NCBI GenBank assembly: GCA_013265495.1
Contig: MU059972.1
Span: 327,915-391,914, forward strand
From: Vicugna vicugna
Lineage: Eukaryota
Length of the DNA stretch: 64,000 nucleotides
Direction of reading: 5' to 3'
Each line of letters begins with the position of its first letter. Within the stretch, counting starts at the first letter, position 1. Below are positions 9,895 through 47,094 of the stretch, in pieces. The translations under genes and the position numbers were made by a program. Under the pieces are notes generated by a model. That model made no database searches and was not told the origin of the DNA. It saw only the letters and a program-made list of their open reading frames with translations.

Positions 9895-11739
9895 GCTCCC
9901 GGCGCTAGCGCTCGGGGACCAGTCTGGGCCCACCAAGGGGCCGCTGTCCACGAATCCGCGCCTTGGCCGCCTGGGGAAATGATGGCCGGGCCAGGCGTGG
10001 CCACGCTTCCCTCCCTGTGCGCCTGCGGGGCACGGGCACACGTGGCTCTGGCGGCAGCCACTGCGCGGGGACTGTAGAGGGTGGGGTGTCAGAGAGGGTG
10101 AAACAGAGGAGGGGACAGTGGAGAGGGCGAGGGGGGCGGGGAGTGGGCTCCCAGCGGTGGCCTCAGCCCGCCCTTTGTCCCTATCCCCCCTCAAGGATGT
10201 CCCGGGTTAGCTGGGCTCAAATTTCCAGGGTGGGGGGTTCTGGGGTCCGGGCCGTGTGTGCCCTTCCAGACTGTGCAGAGCCCCACAGCTCCCTGGGTCA
10301 GGATCTGTTCCCCAGCAGGAGGCTCTGCGCTGCCCTGGGCCTGGTCCAGGGTCCCACATAGGCAGCCCCTGTGGGAGCCAGGGGACAACAGAGGCCCAGT
10401 TTAACACCAGATCTGCACCTCTCCCCGCATCTCTGGGATCCATCTCCAGGCCTTGCTGCATTGGTGAGGCACCAGCTCAGTCAGAAAGCAGGTAGTGGGC
10501 ACCTCCCGTGTGCTGGGCACCTTGCTGGGCTGGAGACAGGAAGAACCTGTCTGCTCTCCCAGAACCTGTAGTCCCAGAACCAGCACAGCCCCCCCCACCC
10601 CCACCCTGGTGTGGAGGGTGTCTGCGGTGAGGTCCAGAGTCTGACCAGACCGAGCCTGGGGGCTCTTCCACATCTGTCCCCTACAGGAGATTGGAAGAGG
10701 CCGGGGCTCCATTCCGCCCTGAGCTACACTCCTACCCTGGACTACCTGGTCCCAGCAGCGGAAGCAGTATGGAAGAGGGGGTGTTGGTGGAGGCAGAAAC
10801 CACCTCCAAGCCCAATCTCTTTGCTAGTTTCTGCCTGAAAATAGGGCATAGACCTGGCCAAAAGCCATGGTGCAAGGGCGGCAGGAAGAGGGTTAAGGTG
10901 AAGGCGCCCAAGGACCAGGGGCGCAGAGACTAGATCCCAGGTGCAGCAAGATCTGTGAGCTCCAGAGGCTCCGGGCTGAGCCTCGGCCACCGGCACTCCG
11001 GAAGAAGATCCTGGGGTCAGAGGGCCCAGCCACTAGCAGGACAAAGACGCGGCCCGGGCAGAGGTGGGAGGCCGGAGGTTGCACTCCAGTCTCAGCAGAG
11101 GAGCTTCCACGGGTGGGAAGGTGAGCGCATCTCTAATGTGCCTGGAAGGCAAAGAACTTGTGCCCAATTTGCGGGAAAGGGAAAGGCCCAGCGGGCCAGT
11201 CTTGTGCCTGCTTCCTCCTCCTCACCAAGCCTCCCTGTCATGTCACCCCCTCTTGAAAGCTGGCCCAGATTCCAAAAGCTTCAAAAACCAGCAGTTGAAG
11301 AGTCTGCTTCTCTCTGCAGATAGTTACCAGCCTGGAGCCCCTCAGGGATCTCCAGCCCCGGCATCTGTCCCAGCCCTGCTTCCCAGAGCTGGGGGTATCC
11401 CAATCTTTAGCCCAGCAACTGTGCACATGGGCTTGTGGTAGCTTACTGGCTCGCAGGGGCCCCATGCCCGCCCAGAGACAGCTTCCTCTGGACACCAGCT
11501 CCACCGGCACCCTAGGCAAGGCCCCCCAGCCTCTCTGAGTTTTAACAGGGATGAGGATGCGAAACCCCAGGAGAGGCGAGGCTCCAGTGGGCATCCAGCC
11601 CCACACTGGCACACTCAGCAGTTCCTGGCAAGGCTCACGGTCATCACGTTGGCCCACCAGGCCTGGGCAATTACCCCCAGGACCTCTCTCCCACCAGCAT
11701 GGAGGACGGCTATCTCCACTGGGCACTGTTTGTGCTCCC

Positions 11740-11890
11740 TGTGATGGTGCTCTCCACAAACCCTCACAACAGCCCTGTTTCATAGATGAGGAAAGGGGCC
11801 AACAAAAGCCCAGCAATTTGCTGAGGCCACCCAGCTGGCCAGTGTAAGTACCAGGCTTAAACCTGGCCTCTGTCCAGCTCTTAACCACCA
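11740..11890. mobile_element. MIR fragment (others at about 45930-46140, 46760-46890 and 51570-51710)
   Basis: cctcacaacagccctgtttcatagatgaggaaag...aatttgctgaggccacccagctg matches the MIR core. Confidence 0.6.
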
Positions 11891-12444
11891 CACGCACAGC
11901 ACCAGCGAGTAATGTGGCATTTTCACCAAAAGGGCAGAGAGGAAAGAGAATTCCGTTTGGGAATTTGAGTCTCTGAGGTCCAAAGATTTATGGACCCACT
12001 GAGGTCTCCACCATAGCTTCACGGCAACAGGCCCCCCCCCCCCGCCTTGTGGGGCGACCCTGGGCTCAGCTCCAGAGCTGACTCTGCAGGAGGGGCCAGC
12101 ACGGTGGCCAGTGGAGAGAAACTGCAGAGGAAACACTGGATTCCTGTAGCCCTGGTCTTCCCCAGGGCCAGCCAGGCGCAGGACCCACCGCCCGCCAGCC
12201 CACGGAGGCCCCAGGGATGGGAAGGGCCCGGAAGGGGGGGTGGAGCTCAGGCACCCACATGCAGGAAATGAGATCCCCACCCCCATACACTCTGCTGTTA
12301 CTGTGGTGCAGAAGATAGTAATATATGTTCCTTGTTGAGACATTAGAAAATGTAGATAAGCAAGAAAGAAAATTCTAGCACCCAGAAACGCTTAACATTT
12401 TGATGCGTATGCCTCCAGCTCCCACGCAATCTGTTTGTATGAAT

Positions 12445-12617
12445 TTTTGTTATTGAAGTAGTCAGTTTACAATGTTGTGTCAATTTCTGGCGTACAGTAA
12501 CAGTTCAGTTCATACGTCTACACACACACATTCGTTTTCATGTTCTTTTTCATTATATACTACAAGATATTGAATATAGTTCCCTGTGCCGTACAGTAGG
12601 ACTTTGTTGTTTGTATG
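12445..12617 (-). mobile_element. Artiodactyl-type L1 3' end fragment
   Basis: tacaagatattgaatatagttccctgtgccgtacagtaggactttgttg; reverse translation NNKVLLYGTGNYIQYLV is typical of this UTR. Confidence 0.7.
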
Positions 12618-12820
12618 AATTTTTAAAAGTTGTTTCCTACCCTTGGAGCCCTTTTTGCCAGCTTGGGGGACCGTCCTGTTCCTTCTCACAGCCGAGTCTG
12701 TGGGCCTAGGACTGTGCCTGGCACATAGTAGGTACCCAATAAATGTTGAAGGAGACCATGGTGCAGTTTCTGTTCTATAACTTCTTTCCTTTATTAGTAA
12801 CATCATATGGCCCTCTTCCA

Positions 12821-13125
12821 TAGACTGAGTGTTTGTGTCCCCCCCAGATCTGTCTGTTGAAACCCTAGCCCTCACTGTGACAGCACTGGGGGGGCCCCGG
12901 GAGGTGCTCGGGTCGTAAGCATGGAGCCTTAGTGCCTTTATAAACAGGGCCCTAGACAGCTGCCTGGCCCCCAGCCGCGGGGACAGAGAGAAGACGCCTT
13001 CTCTGAACCAGATGCCGTCTGTTGGTGCCTCCCTCTCTGACTTGCAGCCTCCGGGACTGTGGGATCTCCGTCTGCCGTCCACAAGCCCCATCTGCGGTGC
13101 TTCTGTTCTGGCAGTCTGAACCCAA
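12821..13125 (+). mobile_element. MaLR LTR (MLT1A-C type)
   Basis: gactgagtgtttgtgtccccccag...gttgaaaccctagccc...ttgcagcctccgggactgtg...caagcccc...tgttctggcagtctgaac. Confidence 0.7.
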
Positions 13126-13139
13126 TGAGCTCCCTCAGG

Positions 13140-13460
13140 GAATGTAGGTGGGGGTTGGGAGCTGCAGCCCCTGGGGCCAAATCTGACAGCCCACTTTGTC
13201 AATCAAGTTTTACTGGGATTCAGCCATGCCTGGGGCCTGGGCGACCACTTGCTGTCTGAGGCTGATTTCGCTCTGCAAGAGCAGAGTTGAGAAGGGGAGG
13301 GTGTAGCTCAGTGGTGGAATGCACACAATCCCCAGTGCCACCACTAGGGAAGTAAAATAACCCTGATGAACCACCCCCAGAAAACCCCAAAAAACTCTTG
13401 AGTCTCTGGGACAGACTGTATGGCCCAGAAAGCCTGAAGTACGTACTCTCTGGAGAATGC
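13140..13460 (+). mobile_element. MER58A (hAT-Charlie) interrupted by a SINE
   Basis: gggccaaatctg...aagttttactggga...gcagagttgag [SINE] gacagactgtatggcccagaaagcctgaa. Confidence 0.75.
13294..13394 (+). mobile_element. tRNA-Ala-derived SINE, internally deleted, inserted in MER58A
   Basis: ggggagggtgtagctcagtggtggaatgcac|acaatccccagtgcc... Confidence 0.75.
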
Positions 13461-16400
13461 AGGTCTGCAGCACGAAGGTCCCTGCGGGACCACCTAACAC
13501 TCAGTCCTTTCTTGTGTACTTAACCCCATGGCTGTCTCTTTAAGTGCTTCTAGTCACCAATTTTTGGCCCAACAGTGAAGCATCCTTGCTTTCAAGGCAC
13601 AGTGCTGTGTGCACCAGCTCCCCATCACCAGCCAACTCCTACTTACTCTTCAAAGCCCAACTGAACTGCTACATCGCCCAATTCAATAAGCGGCCCTGAG
13701 CTCCTGGGAATCCACCCTTGGGTCCACGTGTGGCCTCAACAAGTTCCAGGCCGCCCAGTATCCCATCTCACCTGGAAAGTGGGGCCACGTGCAAAGCCAC
13801 CCCCAGGCTGTATGCAAGTGACCTTGCCTTGGCAAGGCTGGGCGTGGGACTCAGAGGTGGGAAAAGGCCACCGCCATACCCTCCTGCCTCGTCCTGTGTC
13901 CTGTCTTCAGTGCAGAGCACGCAGGCCCAGCCCAGCCAGCCCTGCAAGGCGTGTGGAAACTAGAAATTGCAATGGGGGAGTGGGGTGGCAGAGGGCTAAC
14001 AGGATTTCCACATCTGGCGGAGCTTTTTATAAGCTGCCCTCTGCCTGTTTCTTTCTTCCTGAAGAAATGTTATTTTATCTCAGAACATCTGCAACCTGTC
14101 AGGTTTTCCTGCAGGGTCTGGCTTTTAACTTTAGAAATGAAACAGGTGCGCCTGGAGAGGGGACCTGGCTGACCACATGCAGGTCTGTCATCCCAGTTGG
14201 GACACGGGACACTGTCCAGGACAGGCTCTCCCTCAACCCGGGGTTTTCCTGACCCAGGAGCCCCCCAAGCCCACTTGCGGAGGCTTGCCCAGGGCACCTG
14301 TCTACACTGCTTCCCCGGGTAAGTGGACTCTCTGCACCCTTTGTCCTTCACTTCTGTTCCAGCAGAAGCCAAGTTGCTGGGTCCAGCCCACACAGGCAGG
14401 ACCACAGGCCAGGGTAGGAGGGAGACCATGAAGACATAGCTGCCCAGGGTTCCCAAGGGATGCTGGCAGCGTGGGCCAGGGCGGCAGCAGTGTCCTTGAG
14501 CAGTGTCTCTAGCTGACAGTCGGCTGTTCCTACCTGACTCATCTGGTGGCTTTTGGTGATACTCTTGGTGAGAACTGCTGGGACGGGATGACACCCTCTA
14601 TGCTCTTGGTCTCTTTCAACAATGACCCAATTTGCCTCCTCCGCAGGATCTCTGCAACATTGTGTGATAGGGAGTCCACCTGCAGTTGTGGACACTGGGG
14701 CTTAAAAAGGCGGGCAGCCCAGCTGAGGCACCACAGCTGAAGAGGGACCAGGTCTGACACACACGCCCACTTTCCCCACAGGAACTCCTGGATCCCCAGA
14801 CCCCAGTGATCTGGAGGAAGAGCCCTAGGGTGCTGAGCCTTTCCCTGGAGGGTGGGTCCACAAGTCTCTGGAAGGCCAGCCCCTCTTCCTGGCCTGAAGG
14901 GCCTTGACCAGGCCTCGAGCCAGCAGATCATCCTCCTATACCTGGCCAATAGGTGGCCAGTCTCCACCGCAACCCAAGCCCACAAACCCTCAGTGAGGCC
15001 TAGAGGTCTTTCAGAAAATTCCACCAAGCAAAGATACAGCTTGTTTGGTTCACTACTGTCCCTGCCACTGGGTCTGGCACACAGGAGGTGCGCAGTGAAT
15101 ACCTGGACACCTGTTCTCACCACTTTCTTCCAGTAACTACCCCCCACATCATTGTCTACTGCCAGGACCACCCAACACCACCCCTCACCAGCTCTGCCCA
15201 CCCTCCCTGGCCCAACACCTGGACTCAAGTCTCCAGATGGTCCAGGCCAGGAGACCAAGCCAGAGTCAGCACACTTGGTATCGTCTCACCTCTAAGCTGG
15301 AGCAAAAAGTACAAGGGCAAGGACGCTGGGAAGTCCTGGAGCTGGGCGTGAACCGCTCCAGACAAAGGCCTCCAGGGGCTGGAGGGAGGCCTCATTCCTA
15401 CTTTTCTCTTCCAGACTTTACTTAAAAAAAACCCCAAAACCACAGAGACCAGTTTTCTTTCATAAAATGTAGAAAGCATAAGAGAAAAAAATGGCAAGTG
15501 TGATCACCTCTAAATAAAACTCATGAGAAACAAGAATTCGGCTTCAACTGAGTTAGGTAAGGAAGAGCCTAAACAATTTAAAGTGACCACAGTTTCCTGT
15601 ACATTACACTTAGAAGTGACTGGAAATTAGGATTAATTCCAATTCTTTTAAAAACACCCAACTACCTACATTTTCACAAAGCAGCTACAGGATACAGATT
15701 CAAAACAAAGCTCACCCTAGAGGGCTAACACTCCTTGTGTTAAAATTCCATGATGCACACTTTCTCTCCAAAGTAGAATACTGTATAGCTTAGAAAATAA
15801 ACTTTAAATTATTTCTTCCTTAAGAACAGCCTAGGAAATTGAAATTCCTCTAGTTAAAAAAAAAAAAAGAGCAAAGCAAATTGAGATGTTATTTGCAACT
15901 ACTGCCAAACCAGCGCAAACCAATTAAAGAGCAGGTACACACAGGAAATGAGACAGATGTGACCAAGCCCCTGCAGGCATGGGGGCGACACCAACACTTT
16001 GGTTTTGCGTCCCTGAGGTGCACCTACAACCCACAAGCAGTTCTGACCAGGTGAACAGCAACCACTTGGGATCCTCGTCAGAGCTGGACCTCAGCCCTGC
16101 ACATCCCTGGAGGCTCTGCTCCCCAAACTATGACCACGACGGCAGGTGATGCGGTAAAAGTGGAAGCAGTGCCTCCAGTCGTCCACAAGAGGCCCCTTCA
16201 AGGTTGTCACAGACTGTGAGGCTCAAATTCCCACTCCTCCACACTAGCTGCCCCCCACGAAATGAGCATGACAATCAGTCAGCACCTCACAAGCTGTTAA
16301 TTTTGGATGTGTTAATAGTTGTTTAATAGTCCTCTGTTATCTGAGGCAGCAGAATGGGAATCCACACACCCTGCAGGGCTGGAGGATCCAGACAAGAAAA

Positions 16401-16545
16401 CCCATAAAACCCCCAGCTTCCAAAGCTGCTTCTCCCACAGGAGGTTGTGTGCACCGAGGGACAAGGACGTGCATCCAAGTCCCAGATCCTTACGTGACGG
16501 ATGTCACACGGACACCACAGGCTTATCACAATCTGCCATCAGCAC

Positions 16546-18492
<1,947 letters not shown>

Positions 18493-18638
18493 TCAGGGCC
18501 CGGCGCCGGCCCGACGCGGCGCGAGCACAGAGCCCAGGCCACGGCCTAACGCCGGCGGCAGCGGGTGGGCCCCGGAGGCGGCGGATTGGGCCGGATGGGG
18601 TCGGATAGCAGCGATGGCGCCGAGCGGCGCGCACTCAC

Positions 18639-18674
18639 CTCCTTCGAGGGCGTACAGCCGGGGAAAGGAAGAAG
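18639..18674 (-). promoter_or_regulatory. RPL13: RPL13 non-coding exon 1 with 5' terminal oligopyrimidine (TOP) initiator
   Basis: Minus strand CTTCTTCCTTTCCCC...GAAGGAG|gtgagt; typical ribosomal-protein TCT start; exact TSS inferred at about 18668. Confidence 0.85.
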
Positions 18675-21134
18675 CGTCCCAGAGCACCCTGGGATGGTAG
18701 TGGGTCCGGCCAATCAGAAGCGTTGGAGCGTTCCGACCTATCAGAGCTGAGGCTGCCGAGTGACGTACCAGCTCTCCCGGGAGCTCTCGCGGTGCCCTTG
18801 GGCATGGCGCCGTAACTCTTTTTCCTTATTCTCCGCGCTCCCCGAGCCCCAGTCCCTCCCAGTCCCGCAGACAGCGTCGGCTTGGGTCCGGCTCTGCTTG
18901 TTCACGCCGCGAGGCGAGGTCGGTATCGCCACCACCTGAAGCCTCTCCCCCGCGGGCCGGTCCGCAGCCCCTGCCGCCGCTGGGAGCCGTGCCTTTGGGC
19001 AGAACGCACTCCAGATGGGGCTACAGCCGGGCCTCCAGAGCGCCCCGCGCTTGTCGCAGAGAGGTCTTGAGTGTGGAACTAAGAACCCGCGTGGCCGTCC
19101 GCGCACACTGCCTCCCACGCAGGCGAGCTTCTTTAAAACATCTGTGACCTGGGCCCTGTGCGCCTCTTGTTCCCAAGACTGCCTTGTTAAGTCGCCAGCA
19201 CCCTCCTGCCATCTGTAAGCCTTTGCACCCAGTAACCCCTTCTTCCCCGCTCTCACCCCAATAACTAAGCTTCCTCCTCGTGAAACCTAATGAGTATTTT
19301 AAGAATTTCATGATACAAAATGAGAAATTTGGAGGCCCGTGTCGTACCCCCTGAGTAACCAGGTTGCAGAGTTTTCTGCCCTATTGAGTCACCCTTGGGT
19401 ATTAGAAAAATCAGGCTGGGGCTCCCTGAGGAGGTACACGGTCATGGTCAGGGAGACGGACAAGTGCAGAGGCTAGGTGTGTGCTCATCTCTGAAGCAAG
19501 GGTGGTCCCCCTCCTGCTTTGCTGAGAGATGTTAGCTACTGCATGGAAGCACTTCTCAGCAAAAATGGTACTTATCTGTGACGTCATTGTGTAAAATCTG
19601 TAGCCTGCCACTTTCACAAACAGATGACCAAACAGGAAGGTCAGTGACCCACAGGAGAGTGGCTGTGGAGTTGGTTAGTCTTTGTACTAGTCTTGAGGCT
19701 GTGGGCAAGTTATTTTAACTGTTTCTTTCTGTGAAATGGGAGGAGCTGCTGGGAGGCCAGTTAGGCCAGGGCCAGCACATGGTTAAGTCAGGGATGCTGG
19801 TTGTTGCTAATGACACCAGCTCAGCTTCCAGGGGATGTGGTAGGAGCCAGAGCAGTGAAGGAAGTGCAGAAGAGAAGGGAGGAGAGCAAGAATGCGTATC
19901 GGCCCCACACATCACCACCCAGGCCTGAACCCACACTCACCACTGTGGCAGCAGAGGGACTCTGGAGAGAATGTCTGCCGAGTAGACCCTGGCCTTGACG
20001 TGGGTTTGAATCAGTCTAGCGTTAGCCCGTGTTTCCCACGTCTTTCCCAGATGCCCTTTGGTGATCCCACCATTAACTTGCTCTTTCTATTCCCAAACAC
20101 ATCCCTGTCCCCATCCCCAGTTTCTCTTTCCAGACAGACCCACAGACTCACGCAGCTCCGTCTGCTCAGCCAGGATGCTGCCCAGGTCACTGGGTGAGGG
20201 CCTGAAGTCTGCAGCAGTCAGGAAGTGAAACTAATTCCGGGACCTTGGGCCGCGGCACACGACACAGCCCGCCATAATGTCCCATGCACGGATACTCCAT
20301 ACTTCCTTCCTTCGAAAAGTATGCAGGACAGCAAGGCAAGGAAGGTTCTCATACGAAATTCTGCTGAAAACATGCTCACCTTTTCAGTTGGTACAGATGG
20401 AAGAAGTGAACTGTCATGAACTTGTAACGCAGGAGTCCTTCTGCTACAAAGACTTGCTGGCTCAAGGGTTTTAAAAGTCTTTAGCTATAGGGACTGTCTC
20501 TGTCCTCCTTGGCGCAGAACTCCACAGCCATAGCTCTGCTGAGAGGCTTCTGTCCGAGGCTTGGGCCTGCAAGGGTCACTGAAGGGACTCATTAATGTCC
20601 CCTGGACACAGTGTCCACCTAGGGGCAGGGTTCCCGGATGCACTCCCCTGGAGCTGTGGGGTCTTCAACAGCCTCCCAGGATTTCCTTGCAAGACCGGGC
20701 CCCAGAGACCGCGGGGCTCACTCCACTCCTGCACCTGACTGGCCTCCAGCTGGAGCTTTCAAGGTTGGCATCAGAGATGCTCGGCAGCAGCTCCTGGAGC
20801 CCTGTGACACACATCCTTGATTTTTAAAATTAATCTCCTAACAGCAAAGTGGTTTTTGTAATGTTTTAAGAAAAAAAAAAGTCATGTCACTATAGCACTT
20901 TGTAAATTAGCCTGCTAACCATGTCATAAATATGGAAAAGCAGTAGCCTAATAACTTAGTAGGGACAGGACGACTTCAGAGCTTAATCACAGAGCTTGGA
21001 GCCAGCCAGCTAGCCACACAGCTGTCCAGAGCCATAGGCTACATGGAACCCAGATGGAGGCTGAAGGAAAGATGCCGGAAACAGCAGAACCACTGTCGGT
21101 GAGCACCTGGAAGTGCGTTATTGTCAAAATGGTC

Positions 21135-21310
21135 TTATTTGAAAGTTGCCTAGAGAATGGATCTTAAAAGTTCTCATCACAAGAAAAACTTCTGTAACTG
21201 TGTGGTGACAGATGTTAACCAACTGTGGCGATCCTCTCAATACCAGTCGTGTTGTACACCTGAAACTAATACACTGCATCTCAACAAAAAATTAAAAAAT
21301 AGAATTTAAA
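21135..21310 (+). mobile_element. L1MA-type 3' end fragment
   Basis: tttgaaagttgcctagagaatggatcttaaaagttctcatcacaagaaaaa...gttgtacacctgaaactaatac. Confidence 0.75.
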
Positions 21311-21393
21311 AAAGCATAACAAAGAAATCACGTTTATTTGAGCATAGATCAGAGTGGAGAACAATCTGTATTATGATTTAAGAACTGTAAGTC

Positions 21394-21488
21394 GGGGAGG
21401 GTATAGCTACACATGCACAAGGTCCTGGGCTCAATCCTCAGCACTGCCTCTAAAAACCAAGTCACCTGCCTCCCCTCCCCCAAAACCC
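21394..21488 (+). mobile_element. tRNA-Ala-derived SINE, internally deleted
   Basis: ggggagggtatagct...catgcacaaggtcctgggctcaatcctcagc; TSD aagaactgtaa at 21380-21390 and 21489-21499. Confidence 0.8.
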
Positions 21489-22171
21489 AAGAACTGTAAA
21501 TTACGCTTTCAGTATTCTCTAATATTCCCCTGAGGCTCTGATTATGTTAAATATACATTTACTTAAAGAACTCATGTCTGTCTGAAGGAGGAGCCCTCAC
21601 ACCTCAGATGCAGAGTTCCAGAAGCTACGGTCAGGCCACGCTATATCCACTCTGCCAGGCAAGGAGCCCAGCGTGAAGCAGCGGACTGCATCTGTCTGTT
21701 CCTCCCCTCCTGACTGGTCACCAGAGAGCTGACATTACGCACTGCAAACACAGGACAAACCCAACAGCCTCTGGAGCAGAGCTGACCACGCAGGACATAC
21801 AGGCCCTCTGCTCACAGAGTTTCCAACGCAGTCACAATCCTCAGGTGCGCCCATCCTCACGGAAGCAGGTGGCGGTGCTTTAGTCCTCCAGATCCAATGT
21901 CGGTCCGACTGTGACCCTTCTGACACATGAGCCCAGGACAGGGCCCAGCAGAGGACGGGCAACCATCAGTTCAGAGGGTCCTTTCAGGCATGCCCTGCTA
22001 GCATTCTGACTGAGTCACGGGCTGGGAGGTGCCCGGCACCCACGAGACCAGTGTCACAAGCCTGGGAGCTAGGGGACCACTCCATGCACACCCATACCAA
22101 GCCCAGAAGACCCTCCCACGGGCGAGGACCACCCACACACACAGATGAAACCATCTCTGCACTACGGTCTG

Positions 22172-22177
22172 TTTACT
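22172..22177 (-). terminator. Candidate SPG7 poly(A) signal AGTAAA (alternative: AATAAA at 21338-21333)
   Basis: Variant hexamer about 120 nt past the stop with a downstream GU-rich tract; usage not demonstrable from DNA. Confidence 0.35.
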
Positions 22178-22298
22178 CCTCACAGGCAGGGAAGTCAGTA
22201 AATAGATCTCAGGCCCGTCCACCGCCCCTCCCAGGTCCCCAGGCCACAGGCAAGCAGGCCTGCTATCCGGGCCAGGACGGCTCCTCCCCGCAAGGGGG

Positions 22299-44936
<22,638 letters not shown>

Positions 44937-44950
44937 GTTGACCCGGAAGC

Positions 44951-45020
44951 GGCGCCTGCGCGGTCGGGGCCGCCTCGGGGCGCCTGCGTGGTCGGGGCCG
45001 CCTCGGGGCGCCTGCGCGGT
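44951..45020 (+). repeat. 28-bp tandem repeat x2.5 (GGCGCCTGCGCGGTCGGGGCCGCCTCGG)
   Basis: Units 44951-44978, 44979-45006 (1 mismatch), partial 45007-45020. Confidence 0.9.
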
Positions 45021-45300
45021 GCGGCGTAGGGGGCCTCGGCCCCGCGCCCGGGTATCGGGGGCGCGCGGCCGGCTGGCTTCTTGCATCCAGGTGGGCCCCT
45101 CTGGCGGTTTGAGGTGCCACCCGGTGCGGAGCGCCGCGAGTTAACATGCAGCCTGGCGGGCCCGGGAGGGAGGACCTCGGGACCCTGCTCCGGGCCGCCG
45201 CTGCCGGGAGGACTTGGCGCAGGGGGACCGGGGACTGCGGAGGCGAGGAGGGAGGTCCTGGGGCGCGGAGCGTGCTCAGATGGCGGGGCGCGACCGCGGC

Positions 45301-45404
45301 CCTGACCCGGAATCCTACCTGGACCCGGACCCGGACCCTGACCCCGACTCAAGGACCTGTACTCCTGTTCTCCGACCTCGGACTCGGACCCTGACCCTGG
45401 CCCC
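45301..45404 (+). repeat. Degenerate (GACCCG/GACCCT)n hexamer low-complexity tract
   Basis: ggacccggacccggaccctgaccccgactc...ggactcggaccctgaccctggcccc. Confidence 0.65.
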
Positions 45405-46967
45405 GTCTTGGCTCGAGGAGGGTGCTGCCAACGGGCGGTCTCCGCCTGGCAGGCCTCGGGCCGCAGCGTCCGCCCGGGGGGTGCCTGGAGAGTCCTGTGC
45501 TCGGAGAGGATGAGGAGGGACTCAGGGTCAGAACGAGAGCGTCGGGAGGAGGGTCTGAGCGCCCCTGCTCAGGCGGCTGGCGTTTTCTGTCCTCAGATGC
45601 TTAACTCTGGAGAGCCAACCGTCTCCTGGACTGTTGTTTTCTTCTGGAGACAGGATGACTCACTCTGGAAGTGCGCAGCCCTGGTGACCACGGTCAAGGC
45701 CCAGGAGGCCTCGTCCACTGGCTGTCCCTGGGAGAAGGGGAGAGTCTGTTGTTTTATTCCTGGGCCCAGGCCGTCCCCGACTCTGTCCCAGCCCACCTGG
45801 GGTCTGGTACTTGAATGCTTAGGTCTCAGGCTGCTGATTGTCTCACAGAAGTAGGGTTATGGTGACAAGTTTTTTTCTGTGCTTTTCTGTCTTCCCCAAA
45901 CTCCTAAAGAGGAATCATTAAACAGTAACCAGCCTTGCTGAGTGCTGCCTAGTGCCTGGCTCTGTACCCTAGACACTCTTGGAATCTTCACAAGTCTGCA
46001 AAGTAAATGCTTTTGCATCTATTTTATGGATAAGGAAACAGACTGGAAACAGCTTGATCTCACAGCCCCAAGATCACAGCTAAAAAGTGACGGCACAGTT
46101 TCAGAGCTGGCCTGACTGACTTCGGGGCCTGTGCTCTCCACGTGATGGCCTTGTATGTTATAGGAGGCACATGTATGACAGATAAATCACACGTCCTTCC
46201 CGTCACTCCTGAAGCTAGAAAGGTTTGGGGACTGTTTTTTAAGTGGTGTCCTGATTATTATTCCTCAGCCCTGGCCACCAGGTTCTCGTGTGCAGTTGGT
46301 TGTGAAGGGGCCCGCCCTGACCGGCACGGTGGGGCTGCCTGCCTTTTCTCACGCTCTGTCCACAGTCCATCCTCCCCAGTCTCCTCCTTCACTGTTTTTC
46401 CCCCTGGTTAAACTGTCCCACCCACATTCCGCCGTCCACTGTCCCCAGACCAGTCCCGTGACCGTGACCAGGCTTCCGAGAGTGGTTTCTTGCACCCTTG
46501 CACCCGATCAAAGCTGGTGCAATGCCGACCTGACAGGAAGTGACCGAGCCCCACCCCCACCCCTGCCCCTTCATCACCCTGCCAGCAGGCTTTGTGACTC
46601 AGCCTCTCACAAGTTTGAATGTGTTTGGGAAGAGGGTAAGATCTATCCTGTTAACACAGTTTGAACTAGAAGTGTTATCGGCGACTGCCCTGGAAGCAGT
46701 GCAGGGTGGCGGCGGGGCAGGCTCTGGAGGAAGAACGCAGCCTCCAGTCCTTCTGAGTCTCTGACCTTGGGCAAGTGTTTACCTTCTCCAGGCCTCAGTT
46801 TTCTCCTCAGGAAAATGGGGATAAAGCTGTCAGCAAAATGAGGCTGATAGCAGCCCCGGGTACCCCATGGAGTTGTAAAATGCAATGAAAGTCTGAAAGC
46901 AGCTTGTCAGTGGGGAAGCCTTTCACATGCAGGATGTCCTGGGAAGTAAGGTTCTGGGGATGCAATC

Positions 46968-47094
46968 TTTTTTCTTTTCTTTTCTTTCCTTTCCTTTTTT
47001 TTTTTTTCTGGTGGGGGAAAGTAATTGGGTTTATTTGTTTTTTCTTGGAGGAGGTACTGGGGATTGAACCCCTTGAGCTATACCCTCCCTCCCC
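46968..47094 (-). mobile_element. tRNA-Ala-derived SINE, internally deleted
   Basis: gaggaggtactggggattgaacccc|ttgagctataccctccctcccc with a T-rich tail. Confidence 0.8.

Larger units (their letters stand above)
8450..10150. promoter_or_regulatory. CpG-rich region spanning the CPNE7 promoter, exon 1 and intron 1
   Basis: Visibly high GC and CpG density; boundaries approximate. Confidence 0.65.
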
